DNA of 63,853 bases, filler included. It is 4 parts of 4 records of this genome, joined end to end, with 100 filler letters (N's around TTAATTAATTAA, not from the genome) between each part and the next. Parts side by side here need not be neighbours in the genome. Positions count along the whole stretch, not along the records: positions 1 to 16,569 come from SRR31156797_4934; positions 16,670 to 40,139 come from SRR31156797_4935; 2 more parts are not named here. One strand, written 5' to 3'. The notes below the pieces were generated by a model. The model made no database searches. It was not told the origin of the DNA and worked only from the letters and a program-made list of their open reading frames with translations. Each line of letters begins with the position of its first letter. Position 1 is the first letter of the stretch. This document shows positions 10,019 through 21,078 of the stretch, one piece after another. The translations under genes were made by a program, and so were the position numbers.

Positions 10019-11554
10019 ATGTTGACATTAGAAGATAAAATCAAGAAATTTGAAGAATTAAATAAAGCTGCTGAAGAAGGTGGCGGACAAGCTAGAATTG
10101 ATAAGCATCATGCCGCAGGTAAAAAAACTGCTCGTGAGAGGATTAAAGATTTACTTGATCCAGAGACTTTTGTAGAAGTGGATAAAATGGTAACACACCG
10201 ATCTACAGATTTTGGAATGGAGAAAAACAAGATCCTTGGTGATGGTGTAGTCTGTGGATACGGAAAAATCGATGACCGTTTAGTGTATGTATTCGCTCAG
10301 GATTTTACCGTCTTTGGTGGATCCTTAAGTCGTGCAAATGCCGATAAAATCGTAAAAATCACCAAGCTTGCAATGAAAATGGGCGCTCCGATTGTTGGTC
10401 TCAACGATTCTGGAGGAGCTCGTATTCAGGAAGGTGTTCAAAGTTTGGCAGGTTACGCCGATATCTTTTATCAAAATGTGAGAGGATCGGGGGTGATTCC
10501 TCAGATTTCCGCAATTATGGGACCTTGTGCTGGTGGAGCAGTTTACTCTCCTGCCCTTACGGATTTCATTATGATGGTAAAAGATACCAGTTACATGTTT
10601 GTTACCGGACCAGATGTAATTAAAACAGTGACTCACGAAGAAGTTACCAAAGAAGAATTAGGTGGAGCTCTAACACACAACTCTAAAAGTGGTGTTGCTC
10701 ATTTTACTGCCGATAACGACGAACAGGCAATGATGATGTTACGTGAGTTAATCGGTTTTCTTCCGTCCAATAATATGGAGGATCCTCCGGTAAAACCTTG
10801 TACAGACAACATCCATCGTGAAGATGAAAAACTTCAGGATATTGTTCCAGCAGATCCAAACAAACCTTACGATATCAAAGACATTATAGAAACTGTTGTT
10901 GATGATCACAACTTTTTTGAGGTAATGCCTTTATATGCGCCAAATATTACAATAGGATTCGCGAGACTTGCAGGTAAACCTGTAGGTATAGTTGCCAATA
11001 ATCCTGCAAATATGGCTGGTGTTTTGGATATTAATAGCTCTACAAAAGCAGCTCGATTTGTCCGTTTTTGCGATGCTTTCAACATTCCATTAATCACTTT
11101 TGTAGATGTACCAGGATTCCTACCTGGAACTGCTCAAGAGTATGGCGGAATTATTAAGCACGGAGCGAAACTATTGTATGCTTTTGCAGAAGCAACTGTT
11201 CCAAAAATTACTTTAATTACCCGAAAGGCTTATGGTGGTGCTTACGATGTAATGGCATCGAAACATATTGGTGCTGATATAAATTACTCCTATCCTACTG
11301 GAGAAATTGCTGTAATGGGTGCCGAAGGTGCTGTAAATATCATGCACAAAGGTCTAACAGAATCAGAAAGAGCTGAAGCTATTGATGATTATAGAGATAA
11401 GTTTGCACATCCATATAAAGCTGCCGAGTTAGGTTATATCGACGAAGTTATTCAACCTAAAGAAAGTCGTTATAAATTAATTCAAGCATTGGAAATGTGT
11501 GCCAATAAGAGTGAACAAAATCCTCCAAAAAAACATGGAAATATTCCTTTGTAA
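10019..11554 (+). CDS. pccB: Acyl-CoA carboxylase carboxyltransferase subunit (PccB/MmdA-like)
   Basis: [48 protein letters not shown]-terminal KKHGNIPL. Confidence 0.88.
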   Translation: MLTLEDKIKKFEELNKAAEEGGGQARIDKHHAAGKKTARERIKDLLDPETFVEVDKMVTHRSTDFGMEKNKILGDGVVCGYGKIDDRLVYVFAQDFTVFGGSLSRANADKIVKITKLAMKMGAPIVGLNDSGGARIQEGVQSLAGYADIFYQNVRGSGVIPQISAIMGPCAGGAVYSPALTDFIMMVKDTSYMFVTGPDVIKTVTHEEVTKEELGGALTHNSKSGVAHFTADNDEQAMMMLRELIGFLPSNNMEDPPVKPCTDNIHREDEKLQDIVPADPNKPYDIKDIIETVVDDHNFFEVMPLYAPNITIGFARLAGKPVGIVANNPANMAGVLDINSSTKAARFVRFCDAFNIPLITFVDVPGFLPGTAQEYGGIIKHGAKLLYAFAEATVPKITLITRKAYGGAYDVMASKHIGADINYSYPTGEIAVMGAEGAVNIMHKGLTESERAEAIDDYRDKFAHPYKAAELGYIDEVIQPKESRYKLIQALEMCANKSEQNPPKKHGNIPL

Positions 11555-11578
11555 ATACTCTAAGGAAACTATACTATC

Positions 11579-11609
11579 AAAAGCATAGCCACTTGGCTGT
11601 GCTTTTCTT
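11579..11609 (+). terminator. Intrinsic terminator after carboxylase operon
   Basis: AAAAGCATAGCC-ACTT-GGCTGTGCTTTT. Confidence 0.75.
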
Positions 11610-11643
11610 GTTATATTGTAGATCATCAATAAAAATTAATAGA

Positions 11644-12243
11644 ATGCAAAGAGCTGCTAACGTAGAAGAATATCTTGAGATCAAAAGTGAATGGGAGAAT
11701 GAACTGAAATTCCTTAGAAGTATCATTCAAAAAACAGAATTGGTAGAGTGTATAAAATGGGGAGCTCCAACTTATACAATAGCAGGTAAAAATGTAGTTG
11801 GTCTAGGAGCTTTTAAAGGCTATGTTGGCTTATGGTTTTTTCAAGGTGCTTTGCTTTCTGATACCAAAAAACTTTTGCTCAATGCTCAGGAAGGCAAAAC
11901 GAATGCAATGAGACAAATGAGATTTACTTCCGTGAATGAAATTGATGAAGATACCATTCTATACTATTTGGAAGAAGCCATATTAAATCAAAAGAAGGGT
12001 AAGGTCGTTCCTATTGCTAAAAAATCATCTGAGTTTGAAATCCCAACTGAATTAAAACAAGCTTTGGATGTCGATTTAAAGGCAGCTGACATGTTTGCAA
12101 AATTAACTCCATACAAGCAAAAGGAGTATGCTTTGCATATTTCGGCAGCCAAGCGCGAAGCCACAAAACTAAAAAGAATAGAAAAGATAATTCCGATGAT
12201 TAAAGATGGAATTGGCTTGAACGACAAGTATAGAAACTGTTAA
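11644..12243 (+). CDS. YdeI/OmpD-associated (DUF1801) family protein
   Basis: E.IKWGAPTY, WFFQGALL.D, LTPYKQKEY, AKREATK; start moved to ATG 11644. Confidence 0.85.
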   Translation: MQRAANVEEYLEIKSEWENELKFLRSIIQKTELVECIKWGAPTYTIAGKNVVGLGAFKGYVGLWFFQGALLSDTKKLLLNAQEGKTNAMRQMRFTSVNEIDEDTILYYLEEAILNQKKGKVVPIAKKSSEFEIPTELKQALDVDLKAADMFAKLTPYKQKEYALHISAAKREATKLKRIEKIIPMIKDGIGLNDKYRNC

Positions 12244-12247
12244 AAAC

Positions 12248-12279
12248 AAAAAGAGCTTGCCCAACCAGACAAGCTCTTT
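12248..12279. terminator. Bidirectional terminator
   Basis: AAAGAGCTTG/CAAGCTCTTT between convergent genes. Confidence 0.7.
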
Positions 12280-12299
12280 CTGTTAAATATTGCTATTGG

Positions 12300-13385
12300 C
12301 TAAAATCTATAGCCTGCTTTTTGTATGTCTTTTAAAGTATTAATTGGTTTATTCGGTTTCAATTGTTTCGCTAAAAACTTGTAAATTTTAACACGAATTT
12401 CCTTAGCCTTTTTGGTATCCATTCTATCGAATGAATGTCCTCCGGGAACTGCCTGAAAAATTTCATATTCAAATTTCTTACCATCTGCCTTTAAGGATTT
12501 TATTAAATGCTCCACTTCTAAAACATTCACATCATCATCGTTGGTATTAGTATGGATTAATAAAGGTGTATTCTGAAATTTATGAGTATTCCATGCTGGC
12601 GAACGACGACGATATTCAGCCAAATTATCATTTGCAGTTTTCCCAATGTGATAATCGGCAGAATACAAATCTCTATACGATTGAGTCATATATCCCATTC
12701 GAGCTACCAGGTCGCTAACAGGAACTCCCGCAAAGCCAACCTTATAATCCTTCGGATGATTGAAGAGATTAAAAAGCGTAATCATTCCTCCATGGCTCCA
12801 CCCCATGATTCCAACACGATTCTCATCTACAAAATCGTAATTTTCTATCATGTAATTGCGGCTGGCATAAACGTCTTCGTTTTCCAATCCACCATAATCG
12901 ATCTTCTCATAATGCCCCTTTCCATAACCAGTACTACCACGATATTCTGCAGCCACTACAATGTATTCTTGTGCAATTAATTCACGAACGATATGAGTGT
13001 AATAGGTAGTAAAATCACCATGAACACCACCGTGCGGTAAAACCATCAATGGATATTTCTTATTAACATCAATATTTTTAGGAACAAATACATAGGTCCA
13101 AAATTTAACTGGATTTCCGGCTCCTTTAGCTGTTGGATTTTTCTCTTTCCATTTTGGAGGACCATAAATGTACAATTTATCGATGTGAGCCACATCTCCA
13201 ACTCTTTCGAACCAAATGAGGTCATCTACCATTTTCTGCAGACGATCCATACGGTGATCCAAATTCTGATTGTATTTCTTTAAGTCTTTTAAATCTTCCT
13301 TAACGATATCTCCAACTTGCGAAAATGTAGCAAGTGACAGCAGAAGTAACAGGCATATACCAATGCCTTTTTTTAATGAGTTCAT
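12300..13385 (-). CDS. Exported S9-family peptidase / alpha-beta hydrolase
   Basis: Signal peptide, HGG, YRGSTGYG, nucleophile GWSHGG, catalytic Asp (DDDV) and His (GGHSF). Confidence 0.85.
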   Translation of the reverse strand: MNSLKKGIGICLLLLLSLATFSQVGDIVKEDLKDLKKYNQNLDHRMDRLQKMVDDLIWFERVGDVAHIDKLYIYGPPKWKEKNPTAKGAGNPVKFWTYVFVPKNIDVNKKYPLMVLPHGGVHGDFTTYYTHIVRELIAQEYIVVAAEYRGSTGYGKGHYEKIDYGGLENEDVYASRNYMIENYDFVDENRVGIMGWSHGGMITLFNLFNHPKDYKVGFAGVPVSDLVARMGYMTQSYRDLYSADYHIGKTANDNLAEYRRRSPAWNTHKFQNTPLLIHTNTNDDDVNVLEVEHLIKSLKADGKKFEYEIFQAVPGGHSFDRMDTKKAKEIRVKIYKFLAKQLKPNKPINTLKDIQKAGYRF

Positions 13386-13498
13386 GTTAGGTAGTTTGGG
13401 TTGATAGTATTATTGAAAGGACTAATTTATAAAATCTAAAGGAGATTTTAAGAAAAAAGAAGATATTGAACAACAACTCAATTAACTCACACAGTAGA

Positions 13499-14821
13499 TT
13501 ATTTCAATTCCAATCGATATATTTTGGTAGTCTTATCGGTTATCTTAAACCTATCATCCATGCGATGCCCTACAACCCACATGATTCTCTCTCCAGAACA
13601 CAATAACCAGGTATTTTCCTTATCGCTTAATGAGAATTTTTTATCAATGAAAAAATCGGATACTTTCTTGGTACCTTTCATTCCAATTGGGCGAAACTGA
13701 TCTCCTTCCTTCCACTTACGAATAAGCAAAGGGAATTTTAATTTATTCGCATCGAAACAAGCTATCTTAGGACTCGTTGGAAACTTAAAGTCAGGAGTTC
13801 TGTTAATAAATGAAGCTTCCATCTCAATTGGTATATCCATTTTACAATCTGCCTCTGCTATTTCGTATTTATTTTGATCTACTTCTTCCAACTTAGATAA
13901 AATCAGATACTTTCTATCACGTAACAATTGATGCGTGGAGCTAAAGAATCTTTTCCCGGAAATCGAATCTAATGATTTGGCAATCATTTTCACATCGCGA
14001 TGATGAAATCCAAATGGTGATAAAATCTCAAACAGATGTGAACTAGGCGAAGGCAATTCTTGCAATCTTTGAATAGAAATCATCAATTGATCATCACGCT
14101 GAAAAACCAAATGCAAGCGATTCTCTTCAATTACATCATTATAGATCTGTTCTACTTCACGAAAACGAGCCACATTTTCGGTCATTGTTTTTCGGATAGA
14201 AGGATTAATTTCTTCTAAAACCGGAATGATATGATGTCGAATTTTATTTCGAACAAAATCTGTTTCTTTATTGGTAGAATCTTCTCTATACTGCAAATTA
14301 TTCTCTTTTGCATAAGCTTCCAACTCCATTCTTGTAAAAGGCAACAAAGGACGAATAATCTTCCCTAGCTTGGCTTTAATCCCAGTTAAACCATGAATAC
14401 CAGTTCCACGTGCCAAATTGATAAAAACCGTTTCTGCAACGTCATCCGCGTGATGCCCAACTGCAATATATTGAAAGGAAGATAACTCGCGAAGCTGTTC
14501 GAACCACTCATAGCGCAATTCACGAGCTGCCATTTCTATCGACTGCTTATTTTCCGAAGCAAATTCCTTTGTGTTAAAATCTTTAGAATAAAAAGGTATT
14601 CCATACTGTTCCGCCAGAGCTTTTACAAATTCGAAATCACCATCCGATTCATCGCCACGTAAATGAAAATTACAATGTGCAATAGCACAATCAATTTCCA
14701 TCTGTTTAAGCAGATGCAGTAAAACAACAGAATCGACACCTCCACTCACCGCAACCAATATCTTCTCATCGCGATAAAACAGTTTTTCTTCTTCTACAAA
14801 ATGGACTAATTTTCGAAACAC
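13499..14821 (-). CDS. tilS: tRNA(Ile)-lysidine synthetase
   Basis: AVSGGVDS PP-loop, HCNFHLRG, AARELRY, HHADD..ET, RPLL, RNKIRH, C-terminal TilS domain. Confidence 0.95.
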   Translation of the reverse strand: MFRKLVHFVEEEKLFYRDEKILVAVSGGVDSVVLLHLLKQMEIDCAIAHCNFHLRGDESDGDFEFVKALAEQYGIPFYSKDFNTKEFASENKQSIEMAARELRYEWFEQLRELSSFQYIAVGHHADDVAETVFINLARGTGIHGLTGIKAKLGKIIRPLLPFTRMELEAYAKENNLQYREDSTNKETDFVRNKIRHHIIPVLEEINPSIRKTMTENVARFREVEQIYNDVIEENRLHLVFQRDDQLMISIQRLQELPSPSSHLFEILSPFGFHHRDVKMIAKSLDSISGKRFFSSTHQLLRDRKYLILSKLEEVDQNKYEIAEADCKMDIPIEMEASFINRTPDFKFPTSPKIACFDANKLKFPLLIRKWKEGDQFRPIGMKGTKKVSDFFIDKKFSLSDKENTWLLCSGERIMWVVGHRMDDRFKITDKTTKIYRLELK

Positions 14822-14874
14822 AATATCAATAATATAATTGGTAATGAATAATTGAGTTTAAAACATTCTATCGT

Positions 14875-16188
14875 TTACTCATTCTTTAAGACTCTCATAA
14901 TTGCTTTTGCCTTTAACAAGCATTCTTCGTATTCTTTTTCAGGCTCGCATTGCATGGTTATGGCTCCGCCAACCATAAACGAAAGATAGTTATTTATTGC
15001 GTTGTATTGAATACTTCGGATCACTACATTAAAATCAAAATCACCCTCAGGTGTAAAGTAACCAACTGCTCCCGAAAATAGTCCTCTTTTGGTCGATTCA
15101 TACTTCTCAATCAACTTCATGGCGCGCACCTTTGGCGCTCCTGTCATCGATCCCATTGGGAAACTTTCTCGAATCGCCTCCACAAAATGAACATCTTCTC
15201 TTAATTCAGAAACAACTGTAGATATCATCTGATGAACCTGAGGAAAGCTATAAATTCCGCACAATTCCTCCACAATAACCGAACCTTTTGCTGCAGTTCT
15301 CGATAGATCATTTCGAACCAAATCAACAATCATGATGTTCTCGGCTCTCTCCTTAGGATCCTTAAACAAATCCTCCTTAATCTGCTTATCCTCTGCAGCA
15401 TCGGCACCACGTTTTGCAGTTCCTTTTATGGGTTGTGATATAATTTTCTTCCCTTGTTTTTTGATGTAACGCTCCGGACTTGCAGACAGCAAATACTGCT
15501 CTCCCATTTGATAGAAACAAGAATAGGGTGTTGGCGATACTTCCATCAACTTTCGGAATGTTTGCCTTGGTTTAATAGAGGTATCTTCAGCGAAAAATTC
15601 CTGGCAAAAATTTACCTCATAAATATCACCTCTTCGAATGTGATCTTTCAGCTTACCAACTGATTCAAGATATTCATCACGATTTATTTTGCAATTAATT
15701 TCAGGAACATTCACTTCCTGCTCATTTGGTAAATCCAGATTATCAATTTCATTAATTAATCTGAATATCTGTTCCTCGTTAAATTCCTCTTCAAAAAATT
15801 CAACAATTAGAGTGTCAACATCCAAAATAAAAACCCAGCGCGGACGAAAGAAATTCATTTCAGGAAAATACAATTCATCCTGATTGTTCGACTCTAGCTC
15901 TTCAATTTCATTTTTTAAATCGTACCCCAAATAACCAAACCACCAATCCTTGGCATGATCAACAGCTTCGGTTAAATGGTAGAAAAAGTCCTGTTTAGGT
16001 TCTACTATTTGCAAAGCATCAATACCAGCAACTAATTCGTAAGTATTGTACTCGGCCTTCGAATTGGCTTTTTGATTTACTTCATGACTATCTAAAATAC
16101 AAGCATGATCGAACTTCTTGCTCCAAAACAGCAATTGATCCTTGAATTTCCTGGTATTGGATATATGAAAAGTAAGCTTTTTTCGCAT
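14875..16188 (-). CDS. pabB: Aminodeoxychorismate synthase component I (anthranilate synthase I family)
   Basis: GDIYEVN, SASPERY, PIKGT, KERAENIMIVDLVRND, FPMGSMTGAPK; TAAATTTG promoter at 16193-16200. Confidence 0.85.
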   Translation of the reverse strand: MRKKLTFHISNTRKFKDQLLFWSKKFDHACILDSHEVNQKANSKAEYNTYELVAGIDALQIVEPKQDFFYHLTEAVDHAKDWWFGYLGYDLKNEIEELESNNQDELYFPEMNFFRPRWVFILDVDTLIVEFFEEEFNEEQIFRLINEIDNLDLPNEQEVNVPEINCKINRDEYLESVGKLKDHIRRGDIYEVNFCQEFFAEDTSIKPRQTFRKLMEVSPTPYSCFYQMGEQYLLSASPERYIKKQGKKIISQPIKGTAKRGADAAEDKQIKEDLFKDPKERAENIMIVDLVRNDLSRTAAKGSVIVEELCGIYSFPQVHQMISTVVSELREDVHFVEAIRESFPMGSMTGAPKVRAMKLIEKYESTKRGLFSGAVGYFTPEGDFDFNVVIRSIQYNAINNYLSFMVGGAITMQCEPEKEYEECLLKAKAIMRVLKNE

Positions 16189-16465
16189 GCCGCAAATTTA
16201 AGTAAAAGATACACAAGAAGCTTTCTGCTTTAGGTAAAACTTTTTTACTCTAATCCTCCAAGTCTACACCAATGAACTAGTGTTCTAGAAGTGATTTTAA
16301 GTACTATAATTTGTGTTAACGAAATTCTATCCTTTATTCCTGCTTGTTGATGCTTTGCTGTTGTAGGTTTTAAGTTTATCTGGACACATCTAATGCTTGT
16401 TGTAGTAAGTTTGCAGCTTGTAAGCTGACATTTATAATATTCCGCCACCGCAGAAAGCTAGAGTA

Positions 16466-16569
16466 GTAACGACAATGCATTGGGATGTTCCGTCAAGTTA
16501 TTGGCTTGTACCTGCAAGCCTTTGGCTAGCAACGATAAATCATTGGCTTGTAGCGACAATCCTTTGGCT
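16466..16569. repeat. Degenerate 21-bp tandem repeat, about 5 units, running into the contig end
   Basis: GTAACGACAATGCATTGGGAT / GTTCCGTCAAGTTATTGGCTT / GTACCTGCAAGCCTTTGGCTA / GCAACGATAAATCATTGGCTT / GTAGCGACAATCCTTTGGCT. Confidence 0.8.
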
Positions 16570-16669
16570 NNNNNNNNNNNNNNNNNNNNNNNNNNNNNNN
16601 NNNNNNNNNNNNNTTAATTAATTAANNNNNNNNNNNNNNNNNNNNNNNNNNNNNNNNNNNNNNNNNNNN
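16570..16669. other. Artificial contig spacer
   Basis: N44-TTAATTAATTAA-N44 (stops in all six frames); identical at three places. Confidence 0.98.
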
Positions 16670-17617
16670 GTAACCATCGCGCTCCATACTTTCCCAGGCG
16701 ATATATTTTCCGTCAGGGGAGTAAACAGGTGCTATATCAAATCCCATCATACCTTCGGTGAAATCGGTAGTTTTTCCGGTCTCCAGATCATACATGTAGT
16801 TGGCTGAGTTGGTTGATTCAGAATATTGTTTGCCATACATTTTTTTGCTGGTGTAGACGATCTTTTTGCTATCCGGACTCCAGTTGATCTGTTCCATCCC
16901 ACCCCAGGGTTTCATGGGGGCATCCCATGGCTCACCTGGTAAAAGATCTTTGTGATTACTCAATTTGTTGCCATCGTAATCAGCAACAAAAACATGGCTC
17001 CAGGTATCGGTCCAGGTATCCCAGTGACGGTACATCAGGTCATCAATCAATCGGCCTGAAGCCTGGTCAAGGCCTTTATAGATGTCCTTAAATTTATTTT
17101 CAACAGACACTTCTTTTGTGTAAACGATTTTGGTTTGATCAGGCGAATATTTAAACCCTGTAATTCCGCCGTCAATATCTGAAATCTGTGTGCGTCCTGA
17201 ACCATCAGGATTCATTTCCCACATTTGCATTGATCCGGATTCGGAGGTCATAAAACCGATTTTCTTACCATCAGGCCACCATATGGCATTGTATTCGCCT
17301 TTGTTCGATTTGGTCAGGCGTTTGTAATCACTACCATCGGCATTCACCGAATAGAGGTCGCGGTTGCTTTTATTTTGCTCAACACTGTAGTAAGAAACAC
17401 CATAGACAATGGTTTTTCCATCAGGTGAAACCTCCGGACCACTCAGTCGGCCAAAAGCCCAGAGCGCCTCGGGTGTCATGCGGCCATCAGGAACAGTCAC
17501 ATCCTGTTTATCGATTATGGGAGCATTGGACCTGGTGGTTTTCTCAGCAGGTTGTTCACAGGAGATCAAGAAAAAAAATCCGGCTAAAGCCAGAATCAGG
17601 TAGGTGAAATTTCTCAT
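16670..17617 (-). CDS. S9 family (DPP5-like) peptidase lipoprotein, N-terminal beta-propeller; 3' truncated
   Basis: Lipobox LISC, MTPEALW..GR, repeated SPDG/WSPD propeller motifs, LMYRHWD. Confidence 0.85.
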
Positions 17618-17828
17618 AAATTATAGTTTTAAATTGCAATGTTATTGAATGTTGCGAAAATACATATTTTAAAAAAGTAGTCATACAATTTTAGGGGAAG
17701 ATCCATTAGAAATAAGTTGATAATTTGGACTTTGGCATCGCAAAGCCAGCAATTCACGATCAAAAAATGGTCTCAAAAATTGCAGGTAGAGCCAAAAAAG
17801 CTATCTTGCGAAAGCATAATTCTTAGCC

Positions 17829-18797
17829 ATGAACAACCCGCGTGTTTCCATAGTAATGCCGGTTTATAATTCAGAAAATTTTGTTAGAGAATCCATTCAA
17901 AGTTTACTCGACCAAACTTTTCGGGATTTTGAGCTGATTATCGTGGATGATGGTTCAACGGATTCCAGCCCGGAAATTATTTCGGAGTTTAAGGATTCAC
18001 GTATCAGGATTTTGAAAAATGATAAAAACCGAGGAATTGTTTACAGCAGAAACCTCGGCCTGGCTAAAATTAAGGGTGAGTTTTTTGCACCTTTCGATTC
18101 GGACGACATAGCCCGGAATGATAAATTTGAAAAGCAGGTTGAATTTCTTGAAAAGCACATTGATTTTGCCCTGGTTGGAAGTTGGGCGCGGCTAATTGAC
18201 AAAAACGGAACCCCTCACAAAAAACACTGGAAACTGAATTCAAAGCCTGAAATGATCCCATCCATCATGCTTTTCCGGAATTATTTCGTTCACTCTTCGG
18301 TTCTGATAAGAAGTAAAATGATGGGAAATATGCGTTATACACCCGGCTACGATATTGGGGAAGACTATTTTTTACTTGCTGATCTGTCATTCAGATACCC
18401 TGTTTACAACTATCCTGCTTTTATCACCAACTACAGGATACACCAAAAAAGTGCTATGCGGATAAGCAATCAGCGGTTGTTTGAACAAGACAATAAAGTA
18501 TATCGTTATCTGTTCGGTTTTCTGAATATAAACCTTTCAGAAACTGATTTGAATTGTATTTTTGCACTAAAAGGAAACGACCGGATTATTGATATTGAGC
18601 TGTTGCATCACATTCACGATTTTTTAATCCACATATTGAATCAAAACATGAAAATAAAATTTTTCAGTCATACACATTTACAAAAATCGGTTGCAAACCG
18701 ATGGCTGAAAGCTTGTTTCCTGGCAAATAGTCAACATGTTAAAACCATTGCAAAACTCATATCATCACCATTAACCCGTTTACTGCTTAAAGCTTGA
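17829..18797 (+). CDS. Glycosyltransferase family 2
   Basis: VSIVMPVYN, IIVDDGSTD, DSDD, ED motif. Confidence 0.9.
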   Translation: MNNPRVSIVMPVYNSENFVRESIQSLLDQTFRDFELIIVDDGSTDSSPEIISEFKDSRIRILKNDKNRGIVYSRNLGLAKIKGEFFAPFDSDDIARNDKFEKQVEFLEKHIDFALVGSWARLIDKNGTPHKKHWKLNSKPEMIPSIMLFRNYFVHSSVLIRSKMMGNMRYTPGYDIGEDYFLLADLSFRYPVYNYPAFITNYRIHQKSAMRISNQRLFEQDNKVYRYLFGFLNINLSETDLNCIFALKGNDRIIDIELLHHIHDFLIHILNQNMKIKFFSHTHLQKSVANRWLKACFLANSQHVKTIAKLISSPLTRLLLKA

Positions 18798-19654
18798 AAG
18801 GACCTTTAAATACCGGTATTTCTATTATCGTTCCCAATTATAACAATGGGCAATACCTTGCTGCTTTTATCAACAGTGTAATTTCATCGACCATTGAGCC
18901 GCAAGAGTTAATCATTGTGGATGACGGATCGGAAGACAATTCACTGGAAGTACTAAAAGTGTTTGAACACCTGCACTACCTCAAGCTTATCAAGTTTGAA
19001 AAGAATAAAGGTTTGACCACGGCATTGAATACGGCCCTCGAAGCCGCTACCGGCAAATACATTATGCGTGCCGACCCTGACGACCGGCTGGCACCCGAAA
19101 GGATGGAACAACAGCTAAATTTCATGCAAAAAAATCCTGGCGTTGACGTTGTTGGTTGCAACGTCATTTATTTTCATGATAAAACAGGGAAACAGATCAA
19201 TATATCCAATTTTCCGCAAAGCCACGATGCCATTTCCAAGGCATTTCAAAAAGGAGAACACGGCCTGCAGCATCCAACAGCTTTCGCACGGGGCGATGTA
19301 TACCGGAAGTACCGATACCAGGAACTTTTTCCGGGTGAGGATTATGAAATTTTTTCGCGTATGATCAGGGATGGATACAAATTTGCCAACCTGAAAGCAC
19401 CCTTGTATTTTATGCGCGTTCACGATGAAAGTGCCACCAGCAATCTGAAACGCGAACATATAGACACAACTTTTAAATTTCGCGACCAGATATTTGGCAC
19501 CAAAAGCACTAAACGATGGAGATGGGTATATTACCACTACATGCTCAACTACCGCAAATATCAGCGCACACAAAACCCATTTAAGAAATATTGGCACCTC
19601 ACACTTTCGGGTGTCTGTTATCCCTCGAAAGTTTTTAAACGGATGTTCAGATAA
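18794..19654 (+). CDS. Glycosyltransferase family 2
   Basis: ISIIVPNYN, IIVDDGSED, DPDD, GEDY. Confidence 0.9.
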   Translation: MKGPLNTGISIIVPNYNNGQYLAAFINSVISSTIEPQELIIVDDGSEDNSLEVLKVFEHLHYLKLIKFEKNKGLTTALNTALEAATGKYIMRADPDDRLAPERMEQQLNFMQKNPGVDVVGCNVIYFHDKTGKQINISNFPQSHDAISKAFQKGEHGLQHPTAFARGDVYRKYRYQELFPGEDYEIFSRMIRDGYKFANLKAPLYFMRVHDESATSNLKREHIDTTFKFRDQIFGTKSTKRWRWVYYHYMLNYRKYQRTQNPFKKYWHLTLSGVCYPSKVFKRMFR

Positions 19655-21078
19655 TGAGAGATGCACTTCAAAAAATTCCCGGCATTTATCTGGTTAAAAA
19701 GCCAGCGCTTATCTTCCTTTCCAGCCTTCTGTTTTTCATCATCGACAATATCGTAAATTACTTTACCAATTTGCCGGTATTTGTAGCTTTCTCCACGCTC
19801 ATTCTACCTGTAATGTGGTTGGCTTTGTATCTGGATGGAAGAAAACAAACATTTCTGATCACCTTTTCGACGGTTTTTACCATTGCAACAATTATTGGAA
19901 ATTTAATTTATCACTTTCATAAGAGCAGCATCGCCGACCTGATTTTCATCTTGATGTTTGCTACTGCTTATTACTATTACAGGAACCTGAAGACAACCCT
20001 GAAACTTTGGCCATCACATATTCTGCTTGTAATTTCCACGATCCTGTTTGGCTTTTCCATGTTTGGTGTAAATTCGATGAGCCTCCATACCAACGAAAAA
20101 GAATTCAAAAACCTGGAGTTAATTGGAATCTCTTTCGACAGCCTGGTTAAGCAAGGCCAATCCATTGAGGACATAAAAGACCAAATTCCGGAAAACCTGG
20201 ATGCAGACAGCCTGGTGCGATCAAAACTCAAAACCTATTTCCCCAACCAGCCAGGCATCGACACCATGAAAAACGTGGGTGTAACAATGGTGCCGGTTAT
20301 TAAAATTGAGAAAGAGGATTTGGACAAGGTGGAAAAGAAGCGGAATTATAATTATGGGCTTTTCAGAGTGCCGCACGTACCGGCTTATTTTTTTGGATTT
20401 CTGTTGTTGCTTTACATTTTTCTGGTTTACAGAAAACGGAAATGGATTTACCTGCTACTGGCATTAATATTGGCATATCTCATTCTGCTGAATGGCGTCA
20501 GAACATTTATTGTGGCTGCAGGGCTCTCGGTTTTGATTTGGTTTTTCCTGAAAAGGAACATTTGGTTTTTCGTTGCTTTCTCAGCAATGATGGTATTTTT
20601 AATCGTATTCCGGTATGAGATTTTTGAAGCCACCCAAAACACCATTCTCCAGCCACTATCTTCACTGCTGATTACCTTGATTGACAATCCTGACAGGCTT
20701 TCGCGGGTTGCCCTTTTCCGTTCGTGGTTTAATGAAATACAGGAATTTTCATGGTTGGATTTCCTTACCGGAAAAAATTTCTATCTATCCAAAATGGCCA
20801 ATCTTAAAAACCTTTTCTCCCCTACCTGGTACCACAACGATCTGCTGTCGATCATTTTCTCTTATGGCATTCCAGCCGGCTTGCTTTACATTTCACTATT
20901 CGTTAACATTTACAGAGACAACCGGCATATTTTCAACAAAAACGCCATTGCTTTCATCTTTTTTCTCACTATGATCCTGACGTCAATATTCAATGGGTTT
21001 TATTACTATTTCCCCATATTCCTGATGTATCTTTTCTGGCTCATCGCAAATCAACAACCAAAAACTGAAAGCGAATGA
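19654..21078 (+). CDS. Wzy/O-antigen ligase-like polytopic membrane protein
   Basis: Many TM segments, GVRT, conserved HND.L....YG near the C-terminus; sits within a GT cluster. Confidence 0.65.
   Translation: MRDALQKIPGIYLVKKPALIFLSSLLFFIIDNIVNYFTNLPVFVAFSTLILPVMWLALYLDGRKQTFLITFSTVFTIATIIGNLIYHFHKSSIADLIFILMFATAYYYYRNLKTTLKLWPSHILLVISTILFGFSMFGVNSMSLHTNEKEFKNLELIGISFDSLVKQGQSIEDIKDQIPENLDADSLVRSKLKTYFPNQPGIDTMKNVGVTMVPVIKIEKEDLDKVEKKRNYNYGLFRVPHVPAYFFGFLLLLYIFLVYRKRKWIYLLLALILAYLILLNGVRTFIVAAGLSVLIWFFLKRNIWFFVAFSAMMVFLIVFRYEIFEATQNTILQPLSSLLITLIDNPDRLSRVALFRSWFNEIQEFSWLDFLTGKNFYLSKMANLKNLFSPTWYHNDLLSIIFSYGIPAGLLYISLFVNIYRDNRHIFNKNAIAFIFFLTMILTSIFNGFYYYFPIFLMYLFWLIANQQPKTESE

Noticed and set aside
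16466-16569. Possible CRISPR array
   Set aside because: Units are contiguous, degenerate 21-mers with no unique spacers, and no cas genes are present
16570-16669. TTAATTAATTAA palindrome repeated three times in the window
   Set aside because: It is flanked by N-runs and identical each time; this is an all-frame-stop linker, not biology
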